DNA of 64,000 nucleotides. Source: Nitrospiraceae bacterium. GTDB lineage: Bacteria; Nitrospirota; Nitrospiria; Nitrospirales; Nitrospiraceae. The notes beneath the pieces are model-generated. The model was not told where the DNA came from. It saw nothing but the letters and a program-made list of their open reading frames with translations, and did not search any database. The first letter of the stretch is position 1. The number at the start of each line of letters is the position of its first letter. This document shows, in pieces, positions 9,396 to 19,559 of this stretch. Location: assembly GCA_050246315.1 (NCBI GenBank), contig JBFWWG010000004.1, positions 224,001-288,000 of the forward strand, read 5' to 3'. Made by a program: the position numbers and the translations under genes.

Positions 9396-9398
9396 GGC

Positions 9399-11117
9399 AT
9401 GGAACGTCGAACGGATCGCAGCCGTACTGTTTGCGCGTTGATGGCCACCGTCGCATGCGGCCTGGTGATGGGCTGTTCGGGTGGCGGCGACGGAGGATCA
9501 AGTGGAGCAAGTGCCGGGGGGGGGATTGCGTCTCCGACGAATTCAATCACCACGACCTCGCTCCCGGTGGGAGATGAAACACAGCCTTACTCTGCCACGC
9601 TGACCGCCTCGGGAACAGGGCCATTGACCTGGACCCTGGGCGGTACGCTGCCGCAGGGGCTCACGTTCAATGCCGCGGCCGGCACGATCGCGGGCACGCC
9701 CACCACGCCTACCTCCGTGCCGCTCTCCGTCAAAGTGACCGCACCGAACTGGAGTGATGCGAAGGACTATATGTTGACCATACGCTCCAAGACACACCGT
9801 GTCTCCGTCGTAACTGAGACGTTGGCCGAGAGCAATGGAGGCAGCGGCGACGGGACCAGGCTCACCAACGGTGTGCTCCTCGAGCGCAGTTTCGATCCAG
9901 CCATGAGCGGAACCGGGCGGTTCATAGTCTTCGATTCAGCTGCCACCAACTTGGTTCCCGGAGTGCTCGCGAACGGTAGGCGGCAGATCTACCTGCACGA
10001 CCGCGAGACCGGCATCACAGAGCTGATCTCGGTCGGTCCGGGGAAGGTCCCGGGCGACGACGATAGTTTCGTGGCCGCGGTCAGCGATGACGGGCAATTG
10101 GTCGCCTTCGACTCATTTGCCACCAACCTGATTGCCGGCGACACAAACGGCGCGCGGGATGTTTTCCTCCGCAATCGTGCCTCCGGCGTCACGGAACGAA
10201 TCTCACAAGGGGTCCAAGGCGCGCAGGGCATCTGTCCGAACTCGGGCGAGGGTTGCAACAGTTTTGACCCGGCGATGAGCGCGGATGGGAAGGTCATCGC
10301 CTTCGGCAGTTACGCGCGGTTGGTCCAGGACGACACCGACGACGGGACCGATATCTACGTCCTGGATCGGCGGGGTGCGCCGGTCTTGCGGCGGATTTCG
10401 GCCGGCCTCGGAGGAGCCCAGGCGAATATTCTCAACGGGAGCCCGGCGGTCAGCGCGGACGGCCAATTCGTCGCCTTTGCATCCAACGCGAGCAACCTCC
10501 TCGCTGGCGACTCGGCCGATATCATGACCGACATTTTCCGGTTCAGCCTGCAGACCGGCTCCTTGCGGAAGGTTTCCGTTCCGTCCGGCGGCGGGGCGCC
10601 GAATGGTGACAGTTTCGGCCCCTCGCTGAGCGGCGACGGGAGGTATGTGGCCTTCTGGTCACGCGCAGGCAACCTCCCGGCTGGACCGACGGATAGCGAC
10701 AGTATTGCCGATGTTTTTGTGGCGGATCTCCAGGGAGTACCCCCCTTAATCGTCAAACTGTCTGTCAATCTCAATTTGGTGTCCGGCAACGGAGACAGCC
10801 GGTACCCCTCAATCAGCCGAGACGGCCGTCTGGTGGCCTACGATTCCCTGGCCACCAATCTCGATCTTCTCACAAGCGATCTGAACGGTGTGCGGGATAT
10901 CCTCGTCATCGACCGCAGTTGTCTCTTTGACGCCACCTTCCCCTGCCTAGTGAAACGGGTGTCCGTCCACGGAAACGGCGGAGAATCAAATGGCGAGAGC
11001 CGTTTTCCGGCTATCAGCGGCGACGGCCGGTTCGTGGTGTACTATTCCGACGGATCGAGTCTCGTCGATGGGGATACGAACGGCGCAAGGGATGCGTTCG
11101 TCAGCCGGCGACCATAG
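9399..11117 (+). CDS. lipoprotein with a putative Ig domain and a TolB-like (PD40) beta-propeller
   Basis: Lipobox LVMGC; ITTTSLP...GTLPQGLTF...GTIAGTPT Ig repeat; repeated P(A/S)ISxDGRFVAFxSxAxNL...DTNGxxDVF blades. Confidence 0.85.
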   Translation: MERRTDRSRTVCALMATVACGLVMGCSGGGDGGSSGASAGGGIASPTNSITTTSLPVGDETQPYSATLTASGTGPLTWTLGGTLPQGLTFNAAAGTIAGTPTTPTSVPLSVKVTAPNWSDAKDYMLTIRSKTHRVSVVTETLAESNGGSGDGTRLTNGVLLERSFDPAMSGTGRFIVFDSAATNLVPGVLANGRRQIYLHDRETGITELISVGPGKVPGDDDSFVAAVSDDGQLVAFDSFATNLIAGDTNGARDVFLRNRASGVTERISQGVQGAQGICPNSGEGCNSFDPAMSADGKVIAFGSYARLVQDDTDDGTDIYVLDRRGAPVLRRISAGLGGAQANILNGSPAVSADGQFVAFASNASNLLAGDSADIMTDIFRFSLQTGSLRKVSVPSGGGAPNGDSFGPSLSGDGRYVAFWSRAGNLPAGPTDSDSIADVFVADLQGVPPLIVKLSVNLNLVSGNGDSRYPSISRDGRLVAYDSLATNLDLLTSDLNGVRDILVIDRSCLFDATFPCLVKRVSVHGNGGESNGESRFPAISGDGRFVVYYSDGSSLVDGDTNGARDAFVSRRP

Positions 11118-11267
11118 CCGAAACCCGATCGTTCGGTCGATCCCGTGAGCGAGCGATTCACGAGTCCGTCGAGTTTTCTTCCGCCTTCATCCTTCTATCG
11201 ATCTCCGCAGCGCCCGGCATTCGTCAGCGGACGACCGCCTGCATCGTTATGGAAAGCCGTAACGGCC

Positions 11268-11774
11268 TCAGCCCTCTGCCTGCCGGCGTGAGAGGCCCAG
11301 CGCCATTCGTACTTGTCGGACGATGTCGTCCGGGCTTTGTGTTGCCTCGATCAGAAGCGCATCGACCGGCTCCTCCAGCACTGCATACTGACTGGCCAAC
11401 AATTCGTCCGGGAAGAAGTGTCCGGATCGACCCTTGAGCCGTTGAGCGATCAACGAATAGGGGGCGGCGAGATAGACCAGCCGGACAAGGGCGGGATCGA
11501 CAACCAACCTGGCTCGATAGCTCGCTTTCAGCGCGGAGCAAGCCAGGACGACATCGCGGTTCGAGGCTAGCCAGATCCCGATCTCCTCATGGAGCCGCCG
11601 GAGCCAAGGCTCTCGGTCTTCATCGGTCAGGGCGAGACCTCGGTGCATCTTGTCGAGGTTGGACTGCGGATGGCGATCGTCTCCATCCACAAAACTCCAC
11701 TCCAACGAGTCGGCCAGGAGGCGGCCGATCGTCGTCTTGCCCGATCCCGAGACACCCATGATGATGACAACCAT
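11268..11774 (-). CDS. gntK: gluconokinase (GntK/IdnK family)
   Basis: MGVSGSGKTT Walker A, DGDDRHP, LTDEDREPWL, ACSALK, GHFF...LLASQY..LEEP. Confidence 0.9.
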   Translation of the reverse strand: MVVIIMGVSGSGKTTIGRLLADSLEWSFVDGDDRHPQSNLDKMHRGLALTDEDREPWLRRLHEEIGIWLASNRDVVLACSALKASYRARLVVDPALVRLVYLAAPYSLIAQRLKGRSGHFFPDELLASQYAVLEEPVDALLIEATQSPDDIVRQVRMALGLSRRQAEG

Positions 11775-12024
11775 GCTTTTCGCTCACGAGGCTTTCGACC
11801 GATCCGGGCTCGATGCTCACGGCTGTGCCGAGTCGGAGGCAGTGTACCGGAATGAGGCACGATCAAGAAGCTCGATTGCACAAGCGGCTCGACCGGCTTG
11901 CAGAACGGGACCGGTGTCGTTTATGGTCAAGTCCGGTCCGGCGCCTACCTCCCTCCGCCTTTCTATGGAACCGAGGCGGGTGGGTCGGTGGCCCGTCGTC
12001 TCGCTGCTCGGGTCAGGGGACAAA

Positions 12025-13464
12025 ATGGACAAGCTGTGCCAGCGACCGGTCTCGTTGCTGTTGATTGCCGCCATTGCCAGTCTGCTTCAGGGTTGCGAGG
12101 AGACCCAAAAGGCAGACTCCCCGGCTGAGGGCACGACGGATCGGGTGTCGATTTCAGACGGACGGGTGCTCCAAGCCAACGGCGGCAGTGGAGACAGCAC
12201 CCGCACGACGATCGGCGTGGCGGACCTTACCAGCCCCGGGCCAGGCATCAGCGCGGACGGCCGTTTCGTGGTGTTCGACTCGACAGCCACCAACCTGGTT
12301 CCGGGAGCGAACACCAATGGAAGGCGGCAGGTCTACTTGCACGATCGGCTTACCGGTCAGACGGAACTAATCTCGGTCGGCTCGAACGGAATTTCCGGCA
12401 ATGATGACAGCGCCTCTCCGGTAGTCACCGATGACGGCGACACGATCGTGTTCGAATCCTTCGCCAGCAATCTTGTCTTCAACGACACCAACAACGCCCG
12501 GGACATCTTTCTTCGCCGACGGCAGGCGCGGGTGACCGAGCGGGTCTCACAAACCGCGCAAGGTCTTCAAGGGATCTGTCCTTCCGCCGGAGAAGGCTGC
12601 CGCAGTTACGATCCGGCGATCAACGCCGACGGGTCCATCATCGCGTTCGGATCGAACGCCCGGTTGACGCCGGAGGATCTCGACAACGGTCCGGACATTT
12701 ATGTGCTGGATCGGAGCAGCGGACCGACGTTACGGCGCATCACCGCGCCGCTGGGACCTCCTCAAGCCGGCTCGACCCCCGGCAGTCCGGCGGTCAGCGC
12801 CGACGGACTCTTCATCGCCTTCGCCTCGAACGCGACGAACTTGATCACCGGCGAGCCGTTCGACGGGGTGTACGATGTCTACCGGCACGATCGCCTGGCC
12901 AATACGCTGCGAAAGGTCTCGGTGCCGGCCAGCGGACTTACGGCGGACGGCGACAGCCATGGTCCATCGCTCAGCGGCGACGGGCGGTTTGTCGCCTTCT
13001 GGTCCAGAGCCAGCAACCTCTTGCCCGGCCCGCCGCGGGATACCGGATTCGCTGAGATCTTTGTCGCCGACATGCAGCAGCCGGTCCCGTCCCTCAGCCG
13101 CACCGCCTTGGGCCTGTTCAACCAGCCACCCAACGGCGACAGCCAGTTTCCATCAATCAGTCGGGACGGCCGCTTTGTGGCCTTTCTTTCGCAGGCAGAT
13201 AATTTAGTGCCGGCCGGGGTGGACGGAAACAACTTCCGCGACGTGTATCGGGCAGATCGGAATTGCGTCCTGGCGCCGCCCCAGGCCTGCGAGGTCATTC
13301 GGATCTCGATCGCCATCTCCAACCGTGACGTGGACGGCAACAGCTACGCCCCGGTGATTGCCGCAGACCCGCGCATCATCGCGTTCTATTCGGACGCCAC
13401 CAACCTTGTGCCCAACGACACGAATAACTTCCGCGATGCGTTCGTGCGCCTGCTCCAGCAATGA
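12025..13464 (+). CDS. TolB-like beta-propeller lipoprotein, paralog of 9399-11117 without the Ig domain
   Basis: Lipobox LLQGC after ATG 12025. Same blade motifs, with shared segments such as NGRRQ(I/V)YLHDR and QGICP..GEGC. Confidence 0.85.
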   Translation: MDKLCQRPVSLLLIAAIASLLQGCEETQKADSPAEGTTDRVSISDGRVLQANGGSGDSTRTTIGVADLTSPGPGISADGRFVVFDSTATNLVPGANTNGRRQVYLHDRLTGQTELISVGSNGISGNDDSASPVVTDDGDTIVFESFASNLVFNDTNNARDIFLRRRQARVTERVSQTAQGLQGICPSAGEGCRSYDPAINADGSIIAFGSNARLTPEDLDNGPDIYVLDRSSGPTLRRITAPLGPPQAGSTPGSPAVSADGLFIAFASNATNLITGEPFDGVYDVYRHDRLANTLRKVSVPASGLTADGDSHGPSLSGDGRFVAFWSRASNLLPGPPRDTGFAEIFVADMQQPVPSLSRTALGLFNQPPNGDSQFPSISRDGRFVAFLSQADNLVPAGVDGNNFRDVYRADRNCVLAPPQACEVIRISIAISNRDVDGNSYAPVIAADPRIIAFYSDATNLVPNDTNNFRDAFVRLLQQ

Positions 13465-13526
13465 CCGGCGGGACCCGACGCGCTCGCCTCACGACGAGGC
13501 AAGTGGAGAGGGAACGGGCGGGCTGC

Positions 13527-14366
13527 CTATAACCCGATCGTTTCAATCCGCTGGAGTTCGGCAGGGGTGAGCGTGAATCGGTCGGCTTGGAGGTCGTCGT
13601 TCATGTGTTGCGGGTTCGTGGTGCCCGTCAGCGGAAGCATCCCGATCTGCATGGCGAAACGAAAGACGATCTGGGCCATCCCGACGCCGTAGCGCGCCGC
13701 CATCGCACGGATGTCCGGATCGACAAATACCTCCCGATTGGCTGTCAGCAGCGAAAAGCCTTGGTAGATAATCCGGTGAGCACGGCAGATCTCGCGCACA
13801 TCGTGGTCCCAGCCGAGCGCCGCATAACAGCGGTTCTGCACGACCGTCGGCTTATGCGTCGCCCGTTCACAGAGTAACGCCAACTGCTCGGCCGAGACAT
13901 TGCTGATACCGATCATCTTGGTCTGGCCTGATTCGTAGAGCCCTTCAATCGCCTTCCACACCTCCCAATCCGCCTCCCCCAATCCTCGGCGCTGATAGGG
14001 GCCATGCAAGACATACGAGTCCAGGTAATCGGTATGGAGATGGGCCAACGAACTGTCGAAGGATTGCCGCACTTGGGTGGTCAGGTCGGCCTTGGGATCA
14101 TACGGCATGCGATGGTCTTGGCCGTTCGCCGGAGTGAACTTCGTTTGAAGAAACAGCCGTTCGCGCGACGTCCCCTGCTGTGCAAGGGTGTGCAACGCCT
14201 CCCCGACCCTCGCCTCTTCGTAATGGATCAACTGATTCGCCGTGTCGATCGCCGTAAAGCCCGCCGACACGGCATCCAGCACCAGCCTGGTCGTCGCCTC
14301 CTTCTTCCAAGCCGTACCGTACATGAAGGATGGAATCGACACACCATTGTAGGCAGTCAACATCAT
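13527..14366 (-). CDS. aldo/keto reductase
   Basis: YGTAW, IDTA..HY, LFLQTKF, LDSYVLHGP, IGISNV. Confidence 0.9.
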   Translation of the reverse strand: MMLTAYNGVSIPSFMYGTAWKKEATTRLVLDAVSAGFTAIDTANQLIHYEEARVGEALHTLAQQGTSRERLFLQTKFTPANGQDHRMPYDPKADLTTQVRQSFDSSLAHLHTDYLDSYVLHGPYQRRGLGEADWEVWKAIEGLYESGQTKMIGISNVSAEQLALLCERATHKPTVVQNRCYAALGWDHDVREICRAHRIIYQGFSLLTANREVFVDPDIRAMAARYGVGMAQIVFRFAMQIGMLPLTGTTNPQHMNDDLQADRFTLTPAELQRIETIGL

Positions 14367-14458
14367 GATCAAGCCTCCCCACCCTATCGTTACCCGGTTC
14401 GCCTCCGCCCTGTCCAGTCATCCAGGAACGGATCGACCGAACTCTCGCCCGCTCGGAT

Positions 14459-14797
14459 TTGGAGAACGCATGCATGCTATCATGCGGGATCATGTCGCTC
14501 GAGCCCTCATCTCATCTGCCCGGCGGCTTTCAAGTTCGGCATCAAACGCTGGGGATCTATCAGGGCAGCGCGATCGAGCTGGCGTTTTGGCAACCGTCGT
14601 CCGGCATGCCGGAGTATGGCCTCTGCCGGTTTGCGACGCAGGAAAAGGCCCAGGCGTTCATCGACTTCCTCTGTTCCTCCGCCTGCGCAGAACCGCTGGA
14701 TCAGGCCGACCTGGCCATCGAACCCTACGATCTGGCGGAACACGAGCGATTGATCAATGAGCATCCGCTCTCGTCCGCTTGGGAAACACCGATCTGA
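14459..14797 (+). CDS. hypothetical protein (start probably 14492)
   Basis: Protein-like composition and fills an intergenic gap. Confidence 0.55.
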   Translation: MENACMLSCGIMSLEPSSHLPGGFQVRHQTLGIYQGSAIELAFWQPSSGMPEYGLCRFATQEKAQAFIDFLCSSACAEPLDQADLAIEPYDLAEHERLINEHPLSSAWETPI

Positions 14798-14832
14798 GAC
14801 CGATTGGGTCATCCGCGCACGAACGACCGACT

Positions 14833-15085
14833 TCAGCGGATGACGCCAACAGGTTGCGTTGATTCGATTTTGATGACGTGCGGGTGAGCCTCGGAGGCCC
14901 ATTCCGGGTACAGATCGTCGAGATAGCTCAGCACCTCGGCTTCGGACATTGCCGGCGAGGCGGCAAACTCTTGCACCCGCCGTTTCTTACCTTCGTTCCC
15001 CGAGCAGAAACAGTTGTCATCCTCCCTCCGTGCGCACGGGTTGCGCCATTCGCCCGAACAGAGCGATCAGGATTGGGTGGGACAT
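14833..15085 (-). pseudogene. degraded small gene with a nonsense codon and a frameshift
   Basis: Reads MSHPILIALFGR...EGG*QLFLLG then, after a +1 shift at GGGG, NEGKKRR...LSYLDDLYPEWASEAHPHV. TGA at 15017-15019; total span 253 nt (3n+1). Confidence 0.5.
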
Positions 15086-15152
15086 GAGGGACTCAGCACA
15101 TGGACAACGGTCCGGGACGATGCGAGCATCGAGGCGAAAGCCGTCCGTGCGC

Positions 15153-15413
15153 CTACTCCGATTCCTGCTCAAACCCGGCCCTGATGGAGCGGAACCGACG
15201 AATACCGACCGCCAAGAATCCGGCGCCCGCCGCCAGAGACAGCCAGCCTAACCCCTGAAGCACAGGCTGTTCCATCCACCAGACGGCCGGCACGCCGACC
15301 ACGACGAATCCCAGTGCAGTCCTGACATAGGCCAGTAACGTGCGCTCATTCGCCAGCTCGGTTCGTCGCCGTGCCAGTCGGTCGCGAACCTCTGTGTTCA
15401 ATCCATCCGGCAT
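15153..15413 (-). CDS. DUF202 (YidH-like) membrane protein
   Basis: RDRLARRRTELANERTLLAYVRTAL followed by two TM helices. Confidence 0.88.
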   Translation of the reverse strand: MPDGLNTEVRDRLARRRTELANERTLLAYVRTALGFVVVGVPAVWWMEQPVLQGLGWLSLAAGAGFLAVGIRRFRSIRAGFEQESE

Positions 15414-15739
15414 GATGTTCAGGGAACCTCGCCGGCACGATAGCCGATCAGTCTGTGAAGCTCAACCGATCCACAATGGCCTGACCGGACTGTGAAGTCG
15501 GTTGGCTGCAGGGATGATCCTTTGACAGACCGAAGGGGAACGTGCAAGATGATCTGTCCCTCCCAGCACGAGGCCAGGACATGAATCCTGGGGAAGTGTC
15601 AGCGAATCCCACCAGGCTGAGTCGTTCCGGGACTCCACGATGCCCTCGTGGCCGCCATCGGCCATGAGGGCGTTTCTCCATACGGGCAGGCCCCCCATTG
15701 AGTGTTGAATTTCCATCCCACCATACAAGGAGGCATGTC

Positions 15740-15964
15740 ATGAGGCTGCTTCTCAGTCTACTGATTGCACTCGCAACTTGGTTGCCGAGCAATTCTTTCG
15801 CAGAAGGCGCCGGAGGAGGATATCGCGGCATCGCTCAATTGTATTACTTCCTCATGTGGGCCATCTTGTGTTACGGCACGTATGACACCTTCGGGAAGAA
15901 AGTCATGTATGTGGCGGCCCCGCTCCTGGCGGTCGGACTGTACATGATGCTTCCGGCCCATTAA
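15740..15964 (+). CDS. small membrane protein, hypothetical
   Basis: Strong SD AAGGAGG; signal-like N-terminus and two hydrophobic helices. Confidence 0.7.
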   Translation: MRLLLSLLIALATWLPSNSFAEGAGGGYRGIAQLYYFLMWAILCYGTYDTFGKKVMYVAAPLLAVGLYMMLPAH

Positions 15965-15980
15965 GTCCGATTCCTCGCAA

Positions 15981-16017
15981 GGCCCTGAGAGGAGGACTCG
16001 TCTTTCTCTCAGGGTCC
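15981..16017. terminator. hairpin between convergent genes
   Basis: Inverted repeat CCCTGAGAG...CTCTCAGGG. Confidence 0.45.
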
Positions 16018-16097
16018 TCCGACAATCCGTCTAGTGGGGTATTGATCCTACCCATTCTCCATGATCAATTCCTCATGTCCCATTTCTTCTGTCCCTC

Positions 16098-17720
16098 CTA
16101 CCCGGCCGCGGCCGCCCGGTCCGCTTCTTCCAGCGACCGGAACTGAAGGGCCGGATGGTCCTTCACACAATAGGCCAGCATATGTTCCGAGACAAATAGC
16201 ACGACCAGGCGTCCCTCCCGGTCGGTGAGCCGGAGCGTATCCATCGGCCAATAGACGCGCGCCACGGCCGCGGGGTCGCCGCTGATCCAACGCGCACACA
16301 CATACGGCAAGCGCTCGACGGAGGCTTTGACCCCGTACTCGCTCTGAAGGCGGGAAACGACCACATCGAATTGAAGATCGCCCACGGCAGCCAGGATCGG
16401 CTCCCGGCGGACCTGATCGGGCGCCAACAGCACCTGCATGACCCCTTCCTCCTCCAGTTGGCGAAGCCCCTTCTGAAACTGCTTGTGCTTCGAGATATCC
16501 GGGCTGTGCAACCGGCCGAAGCACTCGGGCGCAAACTTCGGAATCGGATCGAAATTCAACGGGCCTGCCGAACAGAGCGTGTCGCCGATGGCAAAGAGGC
16601 CCGGATTGACGAGCCCCACCACATCGCCCGGGTACGCCTCGTCGATCGTCTCTCGGTCCCGGCCGAACAGCCGATGCGGCCTGGTCATCCGGATCTTCCG
16701 GCCCAATCGAGCATGATAGACCATCATGTCCTTTTCAAAGCGGCCCGAGCAGACCCGCAGGAACGCCATCCGATCCCGATGCTGTGGGTCCATATTGGCC
16801 TGAATCTTGAACACGAATCCGGAAAATGCCTCGTCGGTCGGTTGCACGGGCCGTTGCGTGCTCACGCGCGGCCCCGGTGGCGGCGCGAGGTGGAGAAACG
16901 CGTCCAGGAAGGGCTCAACGCCGAAATTCGTGAGCGCACTCCCGAAGAAGACCGGGGTGAGTTCTCCCGCAAGAAACCGATCCTGATCGAATGCCGTACC
17001 GGCGCCCGACAGCAACGCGATCTCCTCTTGAAGCGGACCGTAGGCCTCCCCCAAGGTCGTGGCCAGACTTGGATGTGGAAACGACTCCACCCGCATCGGC
17101 GCCTTCCGCTGATTGTGGGCCGTCCGTTGGAAAAACAGCACCCGCGGTTCACGCAGATCGAAGAGTCCTTGAAAGGCAGATCCTTCCCCGATGGGCCAAT
17201 TGAAGGGCACGGCCGTGAGCCCCAAAGTCTGCTCAATCTCGTGAAGCAGATCGAACGGATGCCGGCCCGGCTGATCCATCTTGTTGATGAAGGTCAAGAT
17301 CGGAATCCCGCGCCGCCGGCAGACGGTGAAGAGCTTCTTCGTCTGCGGCTCGATGCCCTTGGCACTGTCGAGCACCATTACCGCGCTGTCCACCGCCATG
17401 AGGGTCCGGTAGGTGTCCTCACTGAAGTCCTGGTGCCCCGGAGTGTCGAGCAGGTTGATCAGCACGCCTTGATATTCAAACTGGAGCATGGTCGATGTGA
17501 TGGAGATCCCGCGCGCCTGCTCCAGTTCCATCCAGTCCGAAGTCGCTCGGCGTTGATGAGATCGCGCATGGACGGCGCCGGCCAGGTGCAGCGCCCCGGC
17601 ATACAGCAGCAATTTCTCCGTCAGCGTGGTCTTTCCCGCGTCGGGGTGCGAGATAATGGCGAAGGTGCGCCGCCGGAGCACCTCCCGCGATAAGTCGTCA
17701 TCCACTGTTTTGGCGATCAT
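16098..17720 (-). CDS. prfC: peptide chain release factor 3
   Basis: RRRTFAIISHPDAGKTTLTEKLLL, DTPGHQDFSEDTYR, FKIQANMDPQHRDR. Confidence 0.97.
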   Translation of the reverse strand: MIAKTVDDDLSREVLRRRTFAIISHPDAGKTTLTEKLLLYAGALHLAGAVHARSHQRRATSDWMELEQARGISITSTMLQFEYQGVLINLLDTPGHQDFSEDTYRTLMAVDSAVMVLDSAKGIEPQTKKLFTVCRRRGIPILTFINKMDQPGRHPFDLLHEIEQTLGLTAVPFNWPIGEGSAFQGLFDLREPRVLFFQRTAHNQRKAPMRVESFPHPSLATTLGEAYGPLQEEIALLSGAGTAFDQDRFLAGELTPVFFGSALTNFGVEPFLDAFLHLAPPPGPRVSTQRPVQPTDEAFSGFVFKIQANMDPQHRDRMAFLRVCSGRFEKDMMVYHARLGRKIRMTRPHRLFGRDRETIDEAYPGDVVGLVNPGLFAIGDTLCSAGPLNFDPIPKFAPECFGRLHSPDISKHKQFQKGLRQLEEEGVMQVLLAPDQVRREPILAAVGDLQFDVVVSRLQSEYGVKASVERLPYVCARWISGDPAAVARVYWPMDTLRLTDREGRLVVLFVSEHMLAYCVKDHPALQFRSLEEADRAAAAG

Positions 17721-18015
17721 GGCCGACCGAATCCTTCCGTAGCTGGTTCAATGAGCTCAATCAGGCAGTATACGACAAGAGAATGCCGGCGAAACGCCTG
17801 CTGCCACCGCTTCCGGTCTTTGATCGGATGTGATCAGGCGGGATGGTCCAAACGAGAGAATTGTGACGTGCCTGTCAGCCCGAGTCGCGTGCCCGATCCG
17901 ATATCCCAAGGATACTCGATGGCCGGACCGCCTGCAACGTCACAGAAGATTGTCGCGGTCCGATGAGCCTCCCTCAGCACCGAGACGTGACGGCGCCGTT
18001 CTGCTGCCGAATGAT

Positions 18016-19455
18016 CTATCGTGCCGATTGGGATGGGGCCGGAGCCGCGTCCAGCTCGATGTCCTGCATGAGTCGCTGAAAGTCCTTGTCGTTCCGGATG
18101 AGGCGGGTGGCAGCCAGGAGCAGCCGATCGAGTTGCTGATCCGTCAGGGAAAGGTTGGTGGGGATGTTCATGAGATATTCCATCTCGTGCGGATCTTCCA
18201 ATTCCGTCAGGCTGGCGTTGATGAAGTAGATATCGGCGTCGGGCGTGAAGGCGCTGTTCTCGACATGCTCTCGCCGTCTAAGCTCCACCTTCCATTGTTC
18301 GACGCCCTGTCTCATGAGCTGGAGCGTATCGGTGGAATAGCGGTTGATCGGGATATCGATGAGGGCATGGCTGACACGCGAGAGACCGGGGATGTCGTTC
18401 ACGATGTATTGACTCAAATCCGGAGCTGTCTCGGCGCTGACCAACAGGTAGACCAGCTTCCGAACGTTTTTCACCCCAAGCAGGTTGAAAAACGACTCAA
18501 GATCCCCGGTGAGCGCCGCCGTTTCCAACATGCTGCGCATGCCGATATTATCCGACAGGCCGCCGTCCAGCAAGTGGATGTAGGGGCGATTCTCGGCATC
18601 GAGATACGTCAGCAGCTCCTTCTGCCGCTGGCGCCCCCAGGATGTCTGGTTCATCGTGGTGAACCGAGCCGGAGGATGAAAATCGCATTGTCCGGCGTAA
18701 TTCTTCATCGCAATGGGGCTCAGAATGAGCGGCAACGCGCTCGAGGAGGCCGTGGCGATCGAAAGCGGCAGTTGGCTGAGGTCGGAGCAGATGAGGTCGA
18801 ACTGACGTTGGATGAACTCGAACCGCGAGAGGGTCGCCATATCGGAGGCATGAAGAAAGATGAGCGGCCGTCGATGTCGCTCGACCAGGTCACCGAAGGT
18901 ATGCCCGTCAAACAGCGCTTCATCGAGCAGCTCGGCAAAGATGTGGGCGCGGCCGAAATAGGGAGACCAGAGCCGGAACCAGTTGTGGGGCGACCAGAAG
19001 ACCCGCCATTTGAGTTCGCTCTCCCAGTCCTTCCGCAGAAAGCGGTACTCAAAGTCGTGAAAAATGCGGTCGCCGTAGAGCGCGTAGTAGGCGGCGGTAA
19101 AGCTGCCCCCGGACAGCGCGTTAATGAGGTTTAGTCCGTCGACCAGTCGTTCGTTTCGCCCCTCCCAGGTGATCGGCGTGCGCGCCAGTTCACGCAAGAC
19201 TCCGTAGGAGAGCGCCGCAGCCCGCGCGCCTCCTCCGGAGAAGGAGGCGATGATGAAGAGACCGTCCGAACTGCCGGTTTCAGCAGCCGGAAAGTTGGTG
19301 AATCGATACCCGTACGTAAGATCCCACCGCTCGAGCGGGGCATTCAGGGTCGGACGGACATACTCGCAACCGAGTGTCAGGCTGAACAGCCCGATCAACA
19401 GCCATGCGCCTGTGCGTCGCCCGGCGCCGAACGCGCCACGTGCCGCGTGTCTCAT
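18016..19455 (-). CDS. patatin-like phospholipase (lipoprotein)
   Basis: SGGGARAA oxyanion motif, ALSGGS nucleophile elbow, DGG motif and lipobox LTLGC. Confidence 0.88.
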   Translation of the reverse strand: MRHAARGAFGAGRRTGAWLLIGLFSLTLGCEYVRPTLNAPLERWDLTYGYRFTNFPAAETGSSDGLFIIASFSGGGARAAALSYGVLRELARTPITWEGRNERLVDGLNLINALSGGSFTAAYYALYGDRIFHDFEYRFLRKDWESELKWRVFWSPHNWFRLWSPYFGRAHIFAELLDEALFDGHTFGDLVERHRRPLIFLHASDMATLSRFEFIQRQFDLICSDLSQLPLSIATASSSALPLILSPIAMKNYAGQCDFHPPARFTTMNQTSWGRQRQKELLTYLDAENRPYIHLLDGGLSDNIGMRSMLETAALTGDLESFFNLLGVKNVRKLVYLLVSAETAPDLSQYIVNDIPGLSRVSHALIDIPINRYSTDTLQLMRQGVEQWKVELRRREHVENSAFTPDADIYFINASLTELEDPHEMEYLMNIPTNLSLTDQQLDRLLLAATRLIRNDKDFQRLMQDIELDAAPAPSQSAR

Positions 19456-19559
19456 AAGCCGGCGGCAGGGTACAAATTCGAGAAGAACCTGTCAACCGAG
19501 GGAGCGCCTCTGCGCCGAATGCAGGAGGCACCCGACTGGCGGCCTCTTTCCACATCCTG

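Noticed and set aside
11650..12024. N-terminal extension of the second propeller ORF
   Set aside because: It overlaps gntK on the opposite strand, and a lipoprotein signal begins at ATG 12025.
15017..15019. Selenocysteine or read-through TGA
   Set aside because: A frameshift follows within 20 nt, the context suggests Trp, and other genes in the window use TGA as a normal stop.
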